Shown here: positions 6,595-14,900 of the stretch, in pieces
How the letters are laid out: each line of letters starts with the position of its first letter
How positions within the stretch are numbered: position 1 is the first letter of the stretch
Source of the DNA: a virus
Taxonomy: Duplodnaviria; Caudoviricetes
Length of the DNA stretch: 64,000 bases
Virus record (IMG/VR): IMGVR_UViG_3300024284_000007
Coordinates: 23,380 to 87,379 of that record
Direction: 5' to 3' (one strand)
Translations under genes and position numbers: made by a program
Notes under the pieces: model-generated
Database searches by the model: none
Seen by the model: only the letters and a program-made list of their open reading frames with translations
Told to the model about the DNA's origin: nothing

Positions 6595-6655
6595 GGGGAA
6601 CGTGCAGCAGGTTCGATTCCTGCATCCGGTACCCATTCGCCGATTAAGGACCGAC

Positions 6656-6790
6656 ATGAAGACCATTGCCATTCTCCCTTCCGAATGCCATACGATGATG
6701 CTCGGCATGCGGCTGTGCGTGGTATGCTGCCATGCATGCCGGAGGGGATTCCGGTGCGACTGCTGCAGGAGGATGAGAGAAGATGCTTAA
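6656..6790 (+). CDS. Cys-rich peptide
   Basis: AAGGA RBS; CVVCCHAC...CDCC. Confidence 0.45.
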   Translation: MKTIAILPSECHTMMLGMRLCVVCCHACRRGFRCDCCRRMREDA

Positions 6791-6914
6791 CGAGCTAGCC
6801 GCGACAGGGCATTCCGCCGGGTTCACTATCGGCGCGATAGTGCTCGGGGCGATCTGCGTCATCATCATCGTGGTGCTGCTGGTCATGACCCGCAAGCGGC
6901 GCGGGAAGAAATAA
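6783..6914 (+). CDS. 43-aa single-TM peptide with basic C-tail
   Basis: ...GAIVLGAICVIIIVVLLVMTRKRRGKK. Confidence 0.55.
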   Translation: MLNELAATGHSAGFTIGAIVLGAICVIIIVVLLVMTRKRRGKK

Positions 6915-6920
6915 AGTAAT

Positions 6921-6990
6921 GCCCCCGGTAGCGGATTCTTCCACTGGGTTTCCGAAATCCGGATGCCGTGTTCGACTCACGGCGGGGGTG
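6921..6990 (+). tRNA. tRNA-Arg(CCG) with a reduced D arm
   Basis: GCCCCCG/CGGGGGT, CTGGGT-TTCCGAA-ATCCGG, CCGTG-TTCGACT-CACGG; D region only GGA-TTCT-TCC. Confidence 0.7.
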
Positions 6991-6996
6991 CTATGT

Positions 6997-7071
6997 GACG
7001 CTGTGGCGAAGATGGCATAACGTGCACGTCTGCAAAACGTGTATTCGCGGGTTCGAGTCCCGCCAGCGTCT
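6997..7071 (+). tRNA. tRNA-Cys(GCA)
   Basis: GACGCTG/CAGCGTC, CACGT-CTGCAAA-ACGTG, U73. Confidence 0.9.
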
Positions 7072-7092
7072 CTGATTTCCGGTCTGTTTCAA

Positions 7093-7167
7093 GCCCGAGT
7101 ATCCCGCCTGTTTCCTAAACAGAGTCAGGGTAATGGACTGATGGGAGTTCGAGTCTCCTCTCGGGTA
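7093..7167 (+). tRNA. Atypical tRNA with anticodon CCT (Arg): no D arm, long variable arm
   Basis: GCCCGAG/CTCGGGT, 7-nt connector TATCCCG, CTGT-TTCCTAA-ACAG, ~19-nt extra arm, GGGAG-TTCGAGT-CTCCT. Confidence 0.6.
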
Positions 7168-7265
7168 CATGGCTGTCCCCTGGAGGATACGGGTATATTA
7201 CTGCCCGAAGTGCTGGAAACCCGGGAGGAAGCCGGGAAAGTGCAAGAATTGCAGCGGAGGATGAG

Positions 7266-7448
7266 ATGAGAAAGAAAGTTGCACGGCAGAGTGAGCGCCG
7301 CTCAAACCGCCCGGCGAAGCACCTCCCGGAGAAAGGCGAGCGTGTCGTCGTCTGGGGGACCCGGGGCAGGTCAGTCCCGGAACGGGCAGCGTACATCATC
7401 ATCCCGCTGCTGATCGTCGTCGTCGCGATCATCCTGCTCTCGCTGTGA
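7266..7448 (+). CDS. Small protein with C-terminal TM helix
   Basis: Basic N-terminus, YIIIPLLIVVVAIILLSL. Confidence 0.6.
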   Translation: MRKKVARQSERRSNRPAKHLPEKGERVVVWGTRGRSVPERAAYIIIPLLIVVVAIILLSL

Positions 7449-8122
7449 TGGCGGAAGAGGAGAAGAAGCTCAGCCCCCTCGCAGTGGGAGCGGCTGCCCT
7501 CGCGTCGGTGACCTCGATGGTCGTCGGGTCCCTGTTCGGGGACTCCGGCACGCTCCTCGGGGCGGCACTGTCCAGCGTGACCTGCTCCGTGGCGGGGTAC
7601 CTGTATGAGGACAGAGCCCGCAGGGCTCACGCGAGGCTCAGGGCGCGGAAAGAACGGGGCAAGAGCGGGGAAGGTTACGCCGCCCGGCTGGAGGACATGC
7701 CGCTGGAACGCCATCTCCACGAGGACAGGGCGCACCGCATCCTGCACGGGTCCTGGGGGCTCAGCCGCCGGATCGGGGTAGCTGCCGGGCTCCTCGCGGT
7801 GATGGCGGGATCGTGCGTGGTGACGCTGACCGCGATCGAGAAGGCTACCGGGCAGACGTTTTCCTCCGATGTCCGCCACGTCACTTTCGGGGCTCCGGTC
7901 CAGTACGGCACCACCCTGGGCAGGCACGGCATCCAGAGCCCTTCTCCGGCTCCCTCTCCCACGGCGAGCCCGTCACAGCGGAGCACCTCTGAAAGTCCCT
8001 CAGCGACGCCTACGGCGTCTCCTGATGCCTCTCCGGACCAGAGCCCTTCCGTCTCTCCGGACGCATCCCCCGATTCATCCCCGGCGACGGAGACTCCCGT
8101 TCCTGCCGGATCGGGAATGTGA
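7445..8122 (+). CDS. Membrane protein with Ser/Pro/Thr-rich C-terminal tail
   Basis: GTGA overlap with the previous gene; three hydrophobic segments; SPSPAPSPTASPS tail. Confidence 0.75.
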   Translation: MMAEEEKKLSPLAVGAAALASVTSMVVGSLFGDSGTLLGAALSSVTCSVAGYLYEDRARRAHARLRARKERGKSGEGYAARLEDMPLERHLHEDRAHRILHGSWGLSRRIGVAAGLLAVMAGSCVVTLTAIEKATGQTFSSDVRHVTFGAPVQYGTTLGRHGIQSPSPAPSPTASPSQRSTSESPSATPTASPDASPDQSPSVSPDASPDSSPATETPVPAGSGM

Positions 8123-8134
8123 GAGGGTAAGGTC

Positions 8135-8575
8135 ATGGCTGACTGGGATGCCCGCTGGCTGGATCTCGCCGGGGAAGTGGCAAAATGGAGCAAGGACCGC
8201 TCTACCAAGGTCGGGTGCATCGTCGTCGGGGACGGGAAGCGGCTGCTGTGCTGCGGGTACAACGGCTTCCCCCGGGGGATTGATGATGATACCGCCGACC
8301 GTCATGAGCGCCCGCTGAAATACATGCTCACTGAGCATGCCGAGAGAAACGCCATCTACAATGCCGCCCGGGAGGGCGTGGATCTGCATAACTCGGTGAT
8401 GTACAGCACCCTGTATCCCTGTGCCGACTGCGCTCGCGGCATCATCCAGTCAGGAATAGCGGAAGTGGTCACCCGTGAGCCGGACTGGAACCTCCCGATA
8501 TGGGGCTTCAGCTTCACGGTTTCCCGGATCATGCTGCAAGAGGCGGGCGTTCATGTCCGTCTCGTCGCGCCTTAG
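8135..8575 (+). CDS. Deoxycytidylate (dCMP) deaminase
   Basis: SKDRSTKVGC, GYNGFPRG, HAERNAI and PCADC Zn motifs. Confidence 0.92.
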   Translation: MADWDARWLDLAGEVAKWSKDRSTKVGCIVVGDGKRLLCCGYNGFPRGIDDDTADRHERPLKYMLTEHAERNAIYNAAREGVDLHNSVMYSTLYPCADCARGIIQSGIAEVVTREPDWNLPIWGFSFTVSRIMLQEAGVHVRLVAP

Positions 8576-8906
8576 TGGTCTCGCAGGCGAGGAGGTTGAA
8601 GACGACGGCTGCCGCATGATCTTCATCTTCTTCCTCGCAGAGCCACTGCATCAGGTGACGGAACGCCGACCCCTTGAAGCGGGTTATCTCTTCCTCTCCT
8701 GATGCTTTCTCCCAGTTGCGTTCCCCGTACTTGACCGCACCCCGTGTCAGCAATGCAGCCAGCCTGGTCAGGAACTGCTCCTTGTAGGGGATTCCCTCCG
8801 GGAGGATCAGGTCGAATCTCGGTTTATCCCCGTTGATGTCCCGGACCATTCCCGAAGCGTATTCCTCGCGACGTCCGGAATCTTTCGTGATGTACTCGCG
8901 ATTCAT
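8529..8906 (-). CDS. dATP/dGTP diphosphohydrolase domain protein (DUF5664-like)
   Basis: KPRFDLI, GAVKYGERNWEK, SAFRHL, EDHAAAVVFN motifs. Confidence 0.8.
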   Translation of the reverse strand: MNREYITKDSGRREEYASGMVRDINGDKPRFDLILPEGIPYKEQFLTRLAALLTRGAVKYGERNWEKASGEEEITRFKGSAFRHLMQWLCEEEDEDHAAAVVFNLLACETTKARRDGHERPPLAA

Positions 8907-9129
8907 GACTTCCAGTTCCCAGTCAGGTATGAAAGGCTGCCCTGCCGTCATCCGAAAACGATGCTCCATACCTGCAACCCGATGTAAAGACCTCCGGCGA
9001 GAATGCACAGCAGGCTCACCCTCCAGTCACGGGGGAGTTCCTTCCACGCCTGCCAGATGTACTCGAAATCCATGCCTCTCCAATGAGAAAAGGTGCCTCC
9101 CGTCTCCGGGAGGCATTTCCTTTTCCGCT

Positions 9130-9414
9130 CTATGCGGTCAGCGCCTGTTCCAGGTCCTGGACCAGCTTGGCGATCAGCTGCTCCACATCTGCCTTGACGC
9201 CGGGTCCAGCTGCCCCGATCGCCTGCTCGACGTCGGATTTCGCAGCACTGGCGAGAGTCCTGACCCGCGCCTCGATGTCAGCGGCTTTCGCCTCCAGGAC
9301 ACTGATCTCCGTCCTGGCATCGGCGAGGGCGGATTCGACCGCTGTCCTGGCGTCTCCGGAGACCTCGGACCACAGCTTGCTCAGCTCGGCTTCGAGTCCT
9401 GAGAGAATGCTCAT
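9130..9414 (-). CDS. Helical Ala/Glu-rich hypothetical protein
   Basis: Strong GC3 bias, GGAG RBS. Confidence 0.7.
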   Translation of the reverse strand: MSILSGLEAELSKLWSEVSGDARTAVESALADARTEISVLEAKAADIEARVRTLASAAKSDVEQAIGAAGPGVKADVEQLIAKLVQDLEQALTA

Positions 9415-9424
9415 GATGTAACTC

Positions 9425-9556
9425 CTATATTTCCTTGATGATGACGCTGGTGCGCTTGCAGTTCAGGCAGCGGATCCAGTTGCACTGACTGTTCTCGCAA
9501 TGAGCCTGCGTTCTTCCCTCGTCACCGCAGTGCGGGCATTCCGGGGATTCTGTCAT
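9425..9556 (-). CDS. 43-aa Cys-rich peptide coupled to the endolysin
   Basis: ATGA overlap with the lysin stop; CPHC...C...C...CLNC. Confidence 0.55.
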   Translation of the reverse strand: MTESPECPHCGDEGRTQAHCENSQCNWIRCLNCKRTSVIIKEI

Positions 9557-10314
9557 CCCCCGACCACCTTGCTCCAAGTATCCGGACCGCAGATCCCGTC
9601 GATAGCAAGCTTGTGCCGCCCCTGGAGCAGCCTGACGGCGTTGACGGTCATCGGGTCGTAGACACCAGTGAGGTTGCAGGGATAACCGTAGACGTAGTTG
9701 AGGATCGCCTGGAGCCTGCGGACGTACCAGTGCGGCAGGTCCTTGTCTGCCATGCCCTTGCTCAGGACCGGGAGATCGTTCATGATCGCCTCCATTTCCG
9801 CCGGGGACAGGAATGCTCCTCCCGGGATGTCGCTGAAGAAATCCGGCAGCAGCAGGGACTCATCGAGATTGATCCCCCGGGACCTGTCGGTGAACTGGGT
9901 GCCGTCTGCGGAGATGTCCATCTCCCGGCAGGTGTCCGGACCGCAGATGTGCGCCTGGTCCGTGTAATGCGCGCTCCACAGGCGCAGCAGGCTCCTCGGC
10001 ACGCCCGCTGCCTTCATGTCGCTCAGCACTTCCCGCATCACCGAGGCGCTGGCGTACAGGCAAGGGCGCTTCAGCCCTCTCGCGAGCTGCCGGGAAACCC
10101 ATCCCGCCGCCTGCGCGGGAGAAGCGTCGCCGGTCTCGATATCGAGGCAGTCCGCGTTATCCCTGGCGAATACCGCGATGGAAAGGACACTGGCATGAGG
10201 GAAGCGCGCCCGGATCTGGGCAGTATTGGCGAACCTGCCGTCAACATACCCGGCATAAGCGAATCCGCCAGGCGGGAGCAATGGCGTGTCCACCGTGTCG
10301 AACATGGTGATCAT
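9553..10314 (-). CDS. Endolysin: GH25/DUF1906-like catalytic domain plus C-terminal peptidoglycan-binding domain
   Basis: AYAGYVDG, DCLDIETGDA, PCLYAS, LWSAHY, GTQFTD; C-terminal VRRLQAIL...DGICGPDTW; GGAGGT RBS. Confidence 0.85.
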   Translation of the reverse strand: MITMFDTVDTPLLPPGGFAYAGYVDGRFANTAQIRARFPHASVLSIAVFARDNADCLDIETGDASPAQAAGWVSRQLARGLKRPCLYASASVMREVLSDMKAAGVPRSLLRLWSAHYTDQAHICGPDTCREMDISADGTQFTDRSRGINLDESLLLPDFFSDIPGGAFLSPAEMEAIMNDLPVLSKGMADKDLPHWYVRRLQAILNYVYGYPCNLTGVYDPMTVNAVRLLQGRHKLAIDGICGPDTWSKVVGG

Positions 10315-10523
10315 GGCACCTCCTCTTCCGAGGGTAGCGATTCTTTTCCTGGCTGTCCATTGACCGCGCTGGCGTGAGCCCTGCTTTTCTCGTGCTCGGC
10401 GGTGATGTGCCTCTTCAGGCTGAAGTGATGCCACAGGAACATCAGGACGGTCCAGAAACTGATCGCGAACACGTTAGGCCACAGCTGAGCCCAGTCTTCC
10501 GCGATAAGCTTGAGCATGCTCAC
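10311..10523 (-). CDS. Membrane protein, holin candidate
   Basis: One TM segment; overlaps the lysin start. Confidence 0.6.
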   Translation of the reverse strand: MSMLKLIAEDWAQLWPNVFAISFWTVLMFLWHHFSLKRHITAEHEKSRAHASAVNGQPGKESLPSEEEVP

Positions 10524-10556
10524 GCCTCTTCTTCCTGCCATTGCGCAGCGCGCTCG

Positions 10557-10862
10557 TTAGCCCACGCGACACCGCACGGACCGCACATGCAGGTAAGCGC
10601 ACACAATTCCGCGAAACGCCCGCAAGCGTGACAGTAGCCTTCTCTCACGGGTCACCTCGCAATTGCAGCCGGTACATCTATCATGCCACATTCCCGCCAG
10701 CGCCCGGATGGAAACCGCTTCACTCTTCCCGTGCCACTCGATGCGGGATTCCTCTTCCAGGTACCCGGCGATCTCGCAGGGACGGCAGGTTACGGGACTC
10801 TGGGGTGTTCCGAAAGCCACCAGAACAAGATCCCGAACAGGAACAGGAACTGGTAGCCCCAT
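10557..10862 (-). CDS. Hypothetical Cys-containing protein
   Basis: Fills the operon gap; start uncertain. Confidence 0.35.
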   Translation of the reverse strand: MGLPVPVPVRDLVLVAFGTPQSPVTCRPCEIAGYLEEESRIEWHGKSEAVSIRALAGMWHDRCTGCNCEVTRERRLLSRLRAFRGIVCAYLHVRSVRCRVG

Positions 10863-10942
10863 ACGCCGTGATGGACCGACCAGGCAAGGCAGATGATCGA
10901 GAGGATGAAGAAGACTCCGGCAATGACCCAGCTGATCTTCAT
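10790..10942 (-). CDS. 50-aa 2-TM membrane protein (not in the ORF track), holin candidate
   Basis: GGAG RBS; MKISWVIAGVFFILSIICLAWSVHHGVWGYQFLFLFGILFWWLSEHPRVP. Confidence 0.6.
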   Translation of the reverse strand: MKISWVIAGVFFILSIICLAWSVHHGVWGYQFLFLFGILFWWLSEHPRVP

Positions 10943-10951
10943 GGTGCTCCT

Positions 10952-11275
10952 TTACGGATTGCAGTCACGGGGCTTGAACACGGTCTTCAGGTACGCCTCG
11001 AACAGGGCGACATTCTGCTTCTGCTGAGGCGTCTTCGGCGGTGAGGACAGTCCGATGATGTACTGCCACAGCTCGATCTGCTGGGCACGCGCCGTATTGC
11101 CCGACTCGCACAGGGCGCGCTGGTCCTGCTGCGCCACCTGCGCAATCTGGCTTGCCGTGCTGGCCACGCCGAACAGGAAGTACTCGCCGACCAGCGCGCT
11201 CGCCACCAGCAGGGCAATCGCCACGATTGCCAGCACCACCCGGGTCGCCGGACTCGCGTACAGGAAGTTCTTCAT
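10952..11275 (-). CDS. Membrane-anchored lysis-cassette protein
   Basis: N-terminal TM helix, helical C-terminus with two Cys. Confidence 0.7.
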   Translation of the reverse strand: MKNFLYASPATRVVLAIVAIALLVASALVGEYFLFGVASTASQIAQVAQQDQRALCESGNTARAQQIELWQYIIGLSSPPKTPQQKQNVALFEAYLKTVFKPRDCNP

Positions 11276-11490
11276 CGCTTGAGCCTGTCTTCCAGGACGG
11301 AAATGCGCGTCTCGTGATTGGCGTACATCGCCTTCATGTCGGAGACTTCCTTCGAGAGGTTCTGCACGGCGAGCGTGTTCTCCTCAGTGGCATTGACCTG
11401 CTTGAAGATGCCCCTGCCGATGACGATGATCGCCGACAGCAAGACCACCAGCCCGCCGAGCCCGCCGATGGCGACCAGTGCGTTCAACAT
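11272..11490 (-). CDS. Membrane protein with coiled coil (lysis cassette)
   Basis: TM helix followed by heptad repeats ending RISVLEDRLKR. Confidence 0.7.
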   Translation of the reverse strand: MLNALVAIGGLGGLVVLLSAIIVIGRGIFKQVNATEENTLAVQNLSKEVSDMKAMYANHETRISVLEDRLKR

Positions 11491-11496
11491 TTCTCC

Positions 11497-11898
11497 CTAG
11501 AGCAGGTCGGCGATCATCTCGACATCGCGGCGGGCGGTCCCGGTCAGGTCATCCGGACGGGGAGTGAAATCCAGGTCACCCCAGGACAGGGTGTCGGAAG
11601 GGTCCCCGTGGAAACCGTGGAGAAGATACTCCCGCAAGGATGCCTGCCTTTCCTGCGCAGTCTCCCCGGTGATCTCGTGAGGTTCCACCACGACATGATT
11701 CCACCTGCCGTGGAACCGCATGAAACGGCTGTATCTCTCTTGCTGGAAATGCAGGGGCTTGGGCTCGCCGGAGGCGGTTACTGACGATTCGCAGACGATA
11801 TGCACCAGCCCGGGAACGCTTTCGAGGGCTTCCATCCGGGCTTCCAGCTCATCGAGGCGGTTTTCCGCCAGGACGATGCAGTCGAAAACACGCGGCAT
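11497..11898 (-). CDS. Short GT17-like (beta-1,4-GlcNAc transferase N-terminal) protein
   Basis: VFDC...LDELEARM...HIVCESSVTASGEPKPLHF...NHVVV...ERQ...SWGDLD resembles the GT17 pattern. Confidence 0.55.
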   Translation of the reverse strand: MPRVFDCIVLAENRLDELEARMEALESVPGLVHIVCESSVTASGEPKPLHFQQERYSRFMRFHGRWNHVVVEPHEITGETAQERQASLREYLLHGFHGDPSDTLSWGDLDFTPRPDDLTGTARRDVEMIADLL

Positions 11899-11935
11899 AT
11901 CAGCTCCAGTAGGACGTGGGCTCGTGACGGGAGAG

Positions 11936-14900
11936 TTAACTCCAGTATGTAACTGGTTCATAATCGAGCGTGAGGGTGACCTGCCCGGTGACGGGCTGGT
12001 TGTGCGTGCCGAAATCGAGACGGCGCTTGATCTCCGTCACGCGCATCGTGTAGACGGCACCGCCACCCCCGATGATCCAGTCTTCCAGGGTCACGATGTC
12101 TCCCACGTTGATTCCCAGCACCAGCGGCCATGCGGCAGGATAGGCGGCGGCATCGATGAAGACGTTCTCTGCCCTTCTCCTGGGGGTGCCGAACGTGGAA
12201 AGCAGCCAGTCCGCCTGCGCCTGCATCTCCACAGGATCCTGCAGCCAGGAAGTGACCTGCAGCGGCTGGGCTCCGTAGCGGATCTGCGAGGCATTCGCGG
12301 TCGTCGCGTCAGAGGGGGTGATCAGTGGCAGCGCTGCGCCCGTGGGGGACAGCGGGGAGATGGTGATCGCGTTGTATACCCGCTGCGGGTCGGTCACCCA
12401 GTTGACCTGCTGGTAGTAGGGGATCTTCCCGGCAGAAGGACCGATCTGCCAGACCGGGGAGGAGTACTGCGAGGCAAGGTGGGGGCGCTCCCAGTAGGTG
12501 AGGTTGCCGCAGTTGTCGATGAACAGCATGCCGTCATCGGACTCCTGGATCGCCTGGACGGCGGAGCCGGTCTGGGTTCCCCCTCCGGTGCTCCCGGGTG
12601 CCTGCACCAGCAGGGGAGCCTGGTCGATGCATCGCTGCGGGCTGGAGCACCTGCCGCCGCGCATCAGCCGCTCGATCCGCTGTCCCACCGTGTCCCCGAT
12701 GGAACTCGGCGCGGTCGGAGGGGAAGACCCGTCCCCGCCGCTGACCTGGCCGACGCCCTGCCCGTTCGCGGAAGCGCCGTAGCCGGAGTTGAAGGAGTCC
12801 CCCGCGCCCAGGACCACGGCAGCCTGCGTCTCGCTGCCCAGCGAGGAGGCGGTGTAGACATCGAAGGTGCTCGCGACCCCGCCCCAGCCCACCCACAGCG
12901 CGAACCACTGGGTACTGGACGGGAAGTACTGGGCACCCGTCGCCCAGGCGGACGGCCCGGAGGTGTACCCGCCGATGTTCGCGACGACCACCGCGCTCGC
13001 GGACGGCACGGAGTTCCCTGTGTAGCCCCCCAGGTTCAGCGAGCCGTCCGGGGTGAAGCTCGCGGAGCCCCCGAGCTGGGCGGGACCCACCCACTGCACG
13101 GACGGGGTAGTCGGCGCGGGAATCTGCCCGAATGCCGTGGTGGCAGCCCAGTAGTGATCGTAGATGCGGTAATAGGGGAGAATGTAAGGATAGACCGCGA
13201 TATGAGAGAAAGCGGCATTCCCCCCGTGCTGGATTCCCGCCGGGGAAGACCCTCCGCCGCTGCCGAAGTCAGCATTGGCGATAAGGCAGGTCCATGCGCT
13301 CGTCATTCCCGCGCCGGTACCGGAGACCTGGGCGGTGGCACCCCCGTTGATCCACACCGTCCACGCGCTCGTCGTGGCGGTCAGGGTGACCTGGAACCAG
13401 CTCTCCGAACGGAGGTCGGAGGCGGTGTAAACGGAATGGGTCGTCGGAGTGGAGCCATTATACGTGATGAGGTTCAGGTGCCCGCTGTTATTCAGCTGGA
13501 GAATGGCGACCGGATTGGACGAGGTAGCCAGTTCCAGCAATGTCAGGCTGGTGAAAGGCTGCTGGCAGGCGCTGGCGAAGCCGCTCTGCCCGGTCGGGAC
13601 GTATCCGGTGGCGCTGCCGAGGTACTGGTAATTGAACCAGCCTTCCACGGTGATGCCGTTCGCCAGCGGGGGGAAACTGGCGTCATTGCAGATCAGGTAC
13701 CAGCCGTAGGAGCCGGTCGTACCGGCGTGCCCGGACTGCTGCCAGCTCGCGGAACCGGGCTGGGCGCTGACCGGGTTGCCGGTATCGAAGGAAGCAGGGG
13801 ACTGCACGGGGTCCCCGAACATCCACCCGGAGTTGGTGCCCGCCGCGTAAGTGGCGATGCTGGGCGGCACGATCACTCCCGACCCCGCTCCCAGCGAGTT
13901 GCCGTCCGTGTCGTAGATAGCCTGCGGCAGCGCCCCGTTCGGGGATAGCCTCACGCCGAGGGTCTTGGTGTTCCCTACCGCCGCATTGAGCATCTCGGTC
14001 GGCAGGACCCCTGCCGTGCCCGGCTGGTCATCTAGCGGCCACCAGGCGTAGGGTCCGTCCTCGAAGACCTCGCTGCGGTAGAACGTCGGCGGGGTGGCGC
14101 TCAGCGCGTTCCACAGGTCAGTGCCGGTGATGTTGACATAAGGGCGGAACTGCTCGTCGATCTTCTCGGTCCACTCCTGCGCATTTCTCTGCAGGATGTA
14201 CCACCGGTTCACGGTCGTTCCCCCGATGGTGCCCAGTGCCATTCTCAGCCGCAGCGGGGTGCCAGGCTCGATGTTGGGGTAATAGGGAGAAGACGCGTTA
14301 GTGGACGTCAGGGCGAGATCAGGGTTATCTGCCTGGGCTTCGAGGAAGCTAGCCTGCAATTCGCCCAATTGATACTGGATTCCCGTCGTTTCATCCCAGT
14401 TCCACAGCCGTGATGTCAGGTCGGTCCAGGTCAGCTCGGAATTGGGGGTGTTGAATCCCGCCCCGAGCGCCGCCTCGAATTTCAGGTACGGCCAGTTCGC
14501 GTTCTGCCCGGCGGGAATGGGGGTGGCTGCCGACACCTGCACCCCGAGCATGAAGCCGGACATGTCCTCGGCGACGGAGGAGGTCCCGGTGATGCTCTGG
14601 GAGAAGACGGTGGACGGGAGCACTGCCGCTGACAGGATGTTGTCCGCCAGCGTGTTGCTGCCGTTGCTCTGGGTCTGGGTGTCCAGCGGGAGCCAGCCCG
14701 CGCCTGCCTGGTAATGCTGGGAGACCTGGGTCGCGGTTAGCGCGGTCCCGTAAATCGCGCATTCCGCCATCAGCCCGTTCAGGTAGTTGCTGTTGAAGGT
14801 GGAACTGTACCCGATCCCGATGTTCTGGGTGCCCGCTGGCATCGACCCGGAGAACGGGACGGCGGTAGCAGCGAGAACCCCCTGCAGGTAGACCTTGATA

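Noticed and set aside
6565-6631. Amber-suppressor or pyrrolysine tRNA (CTCTAAG)
   Set aside because: No anticodon stem flanks the CTA.
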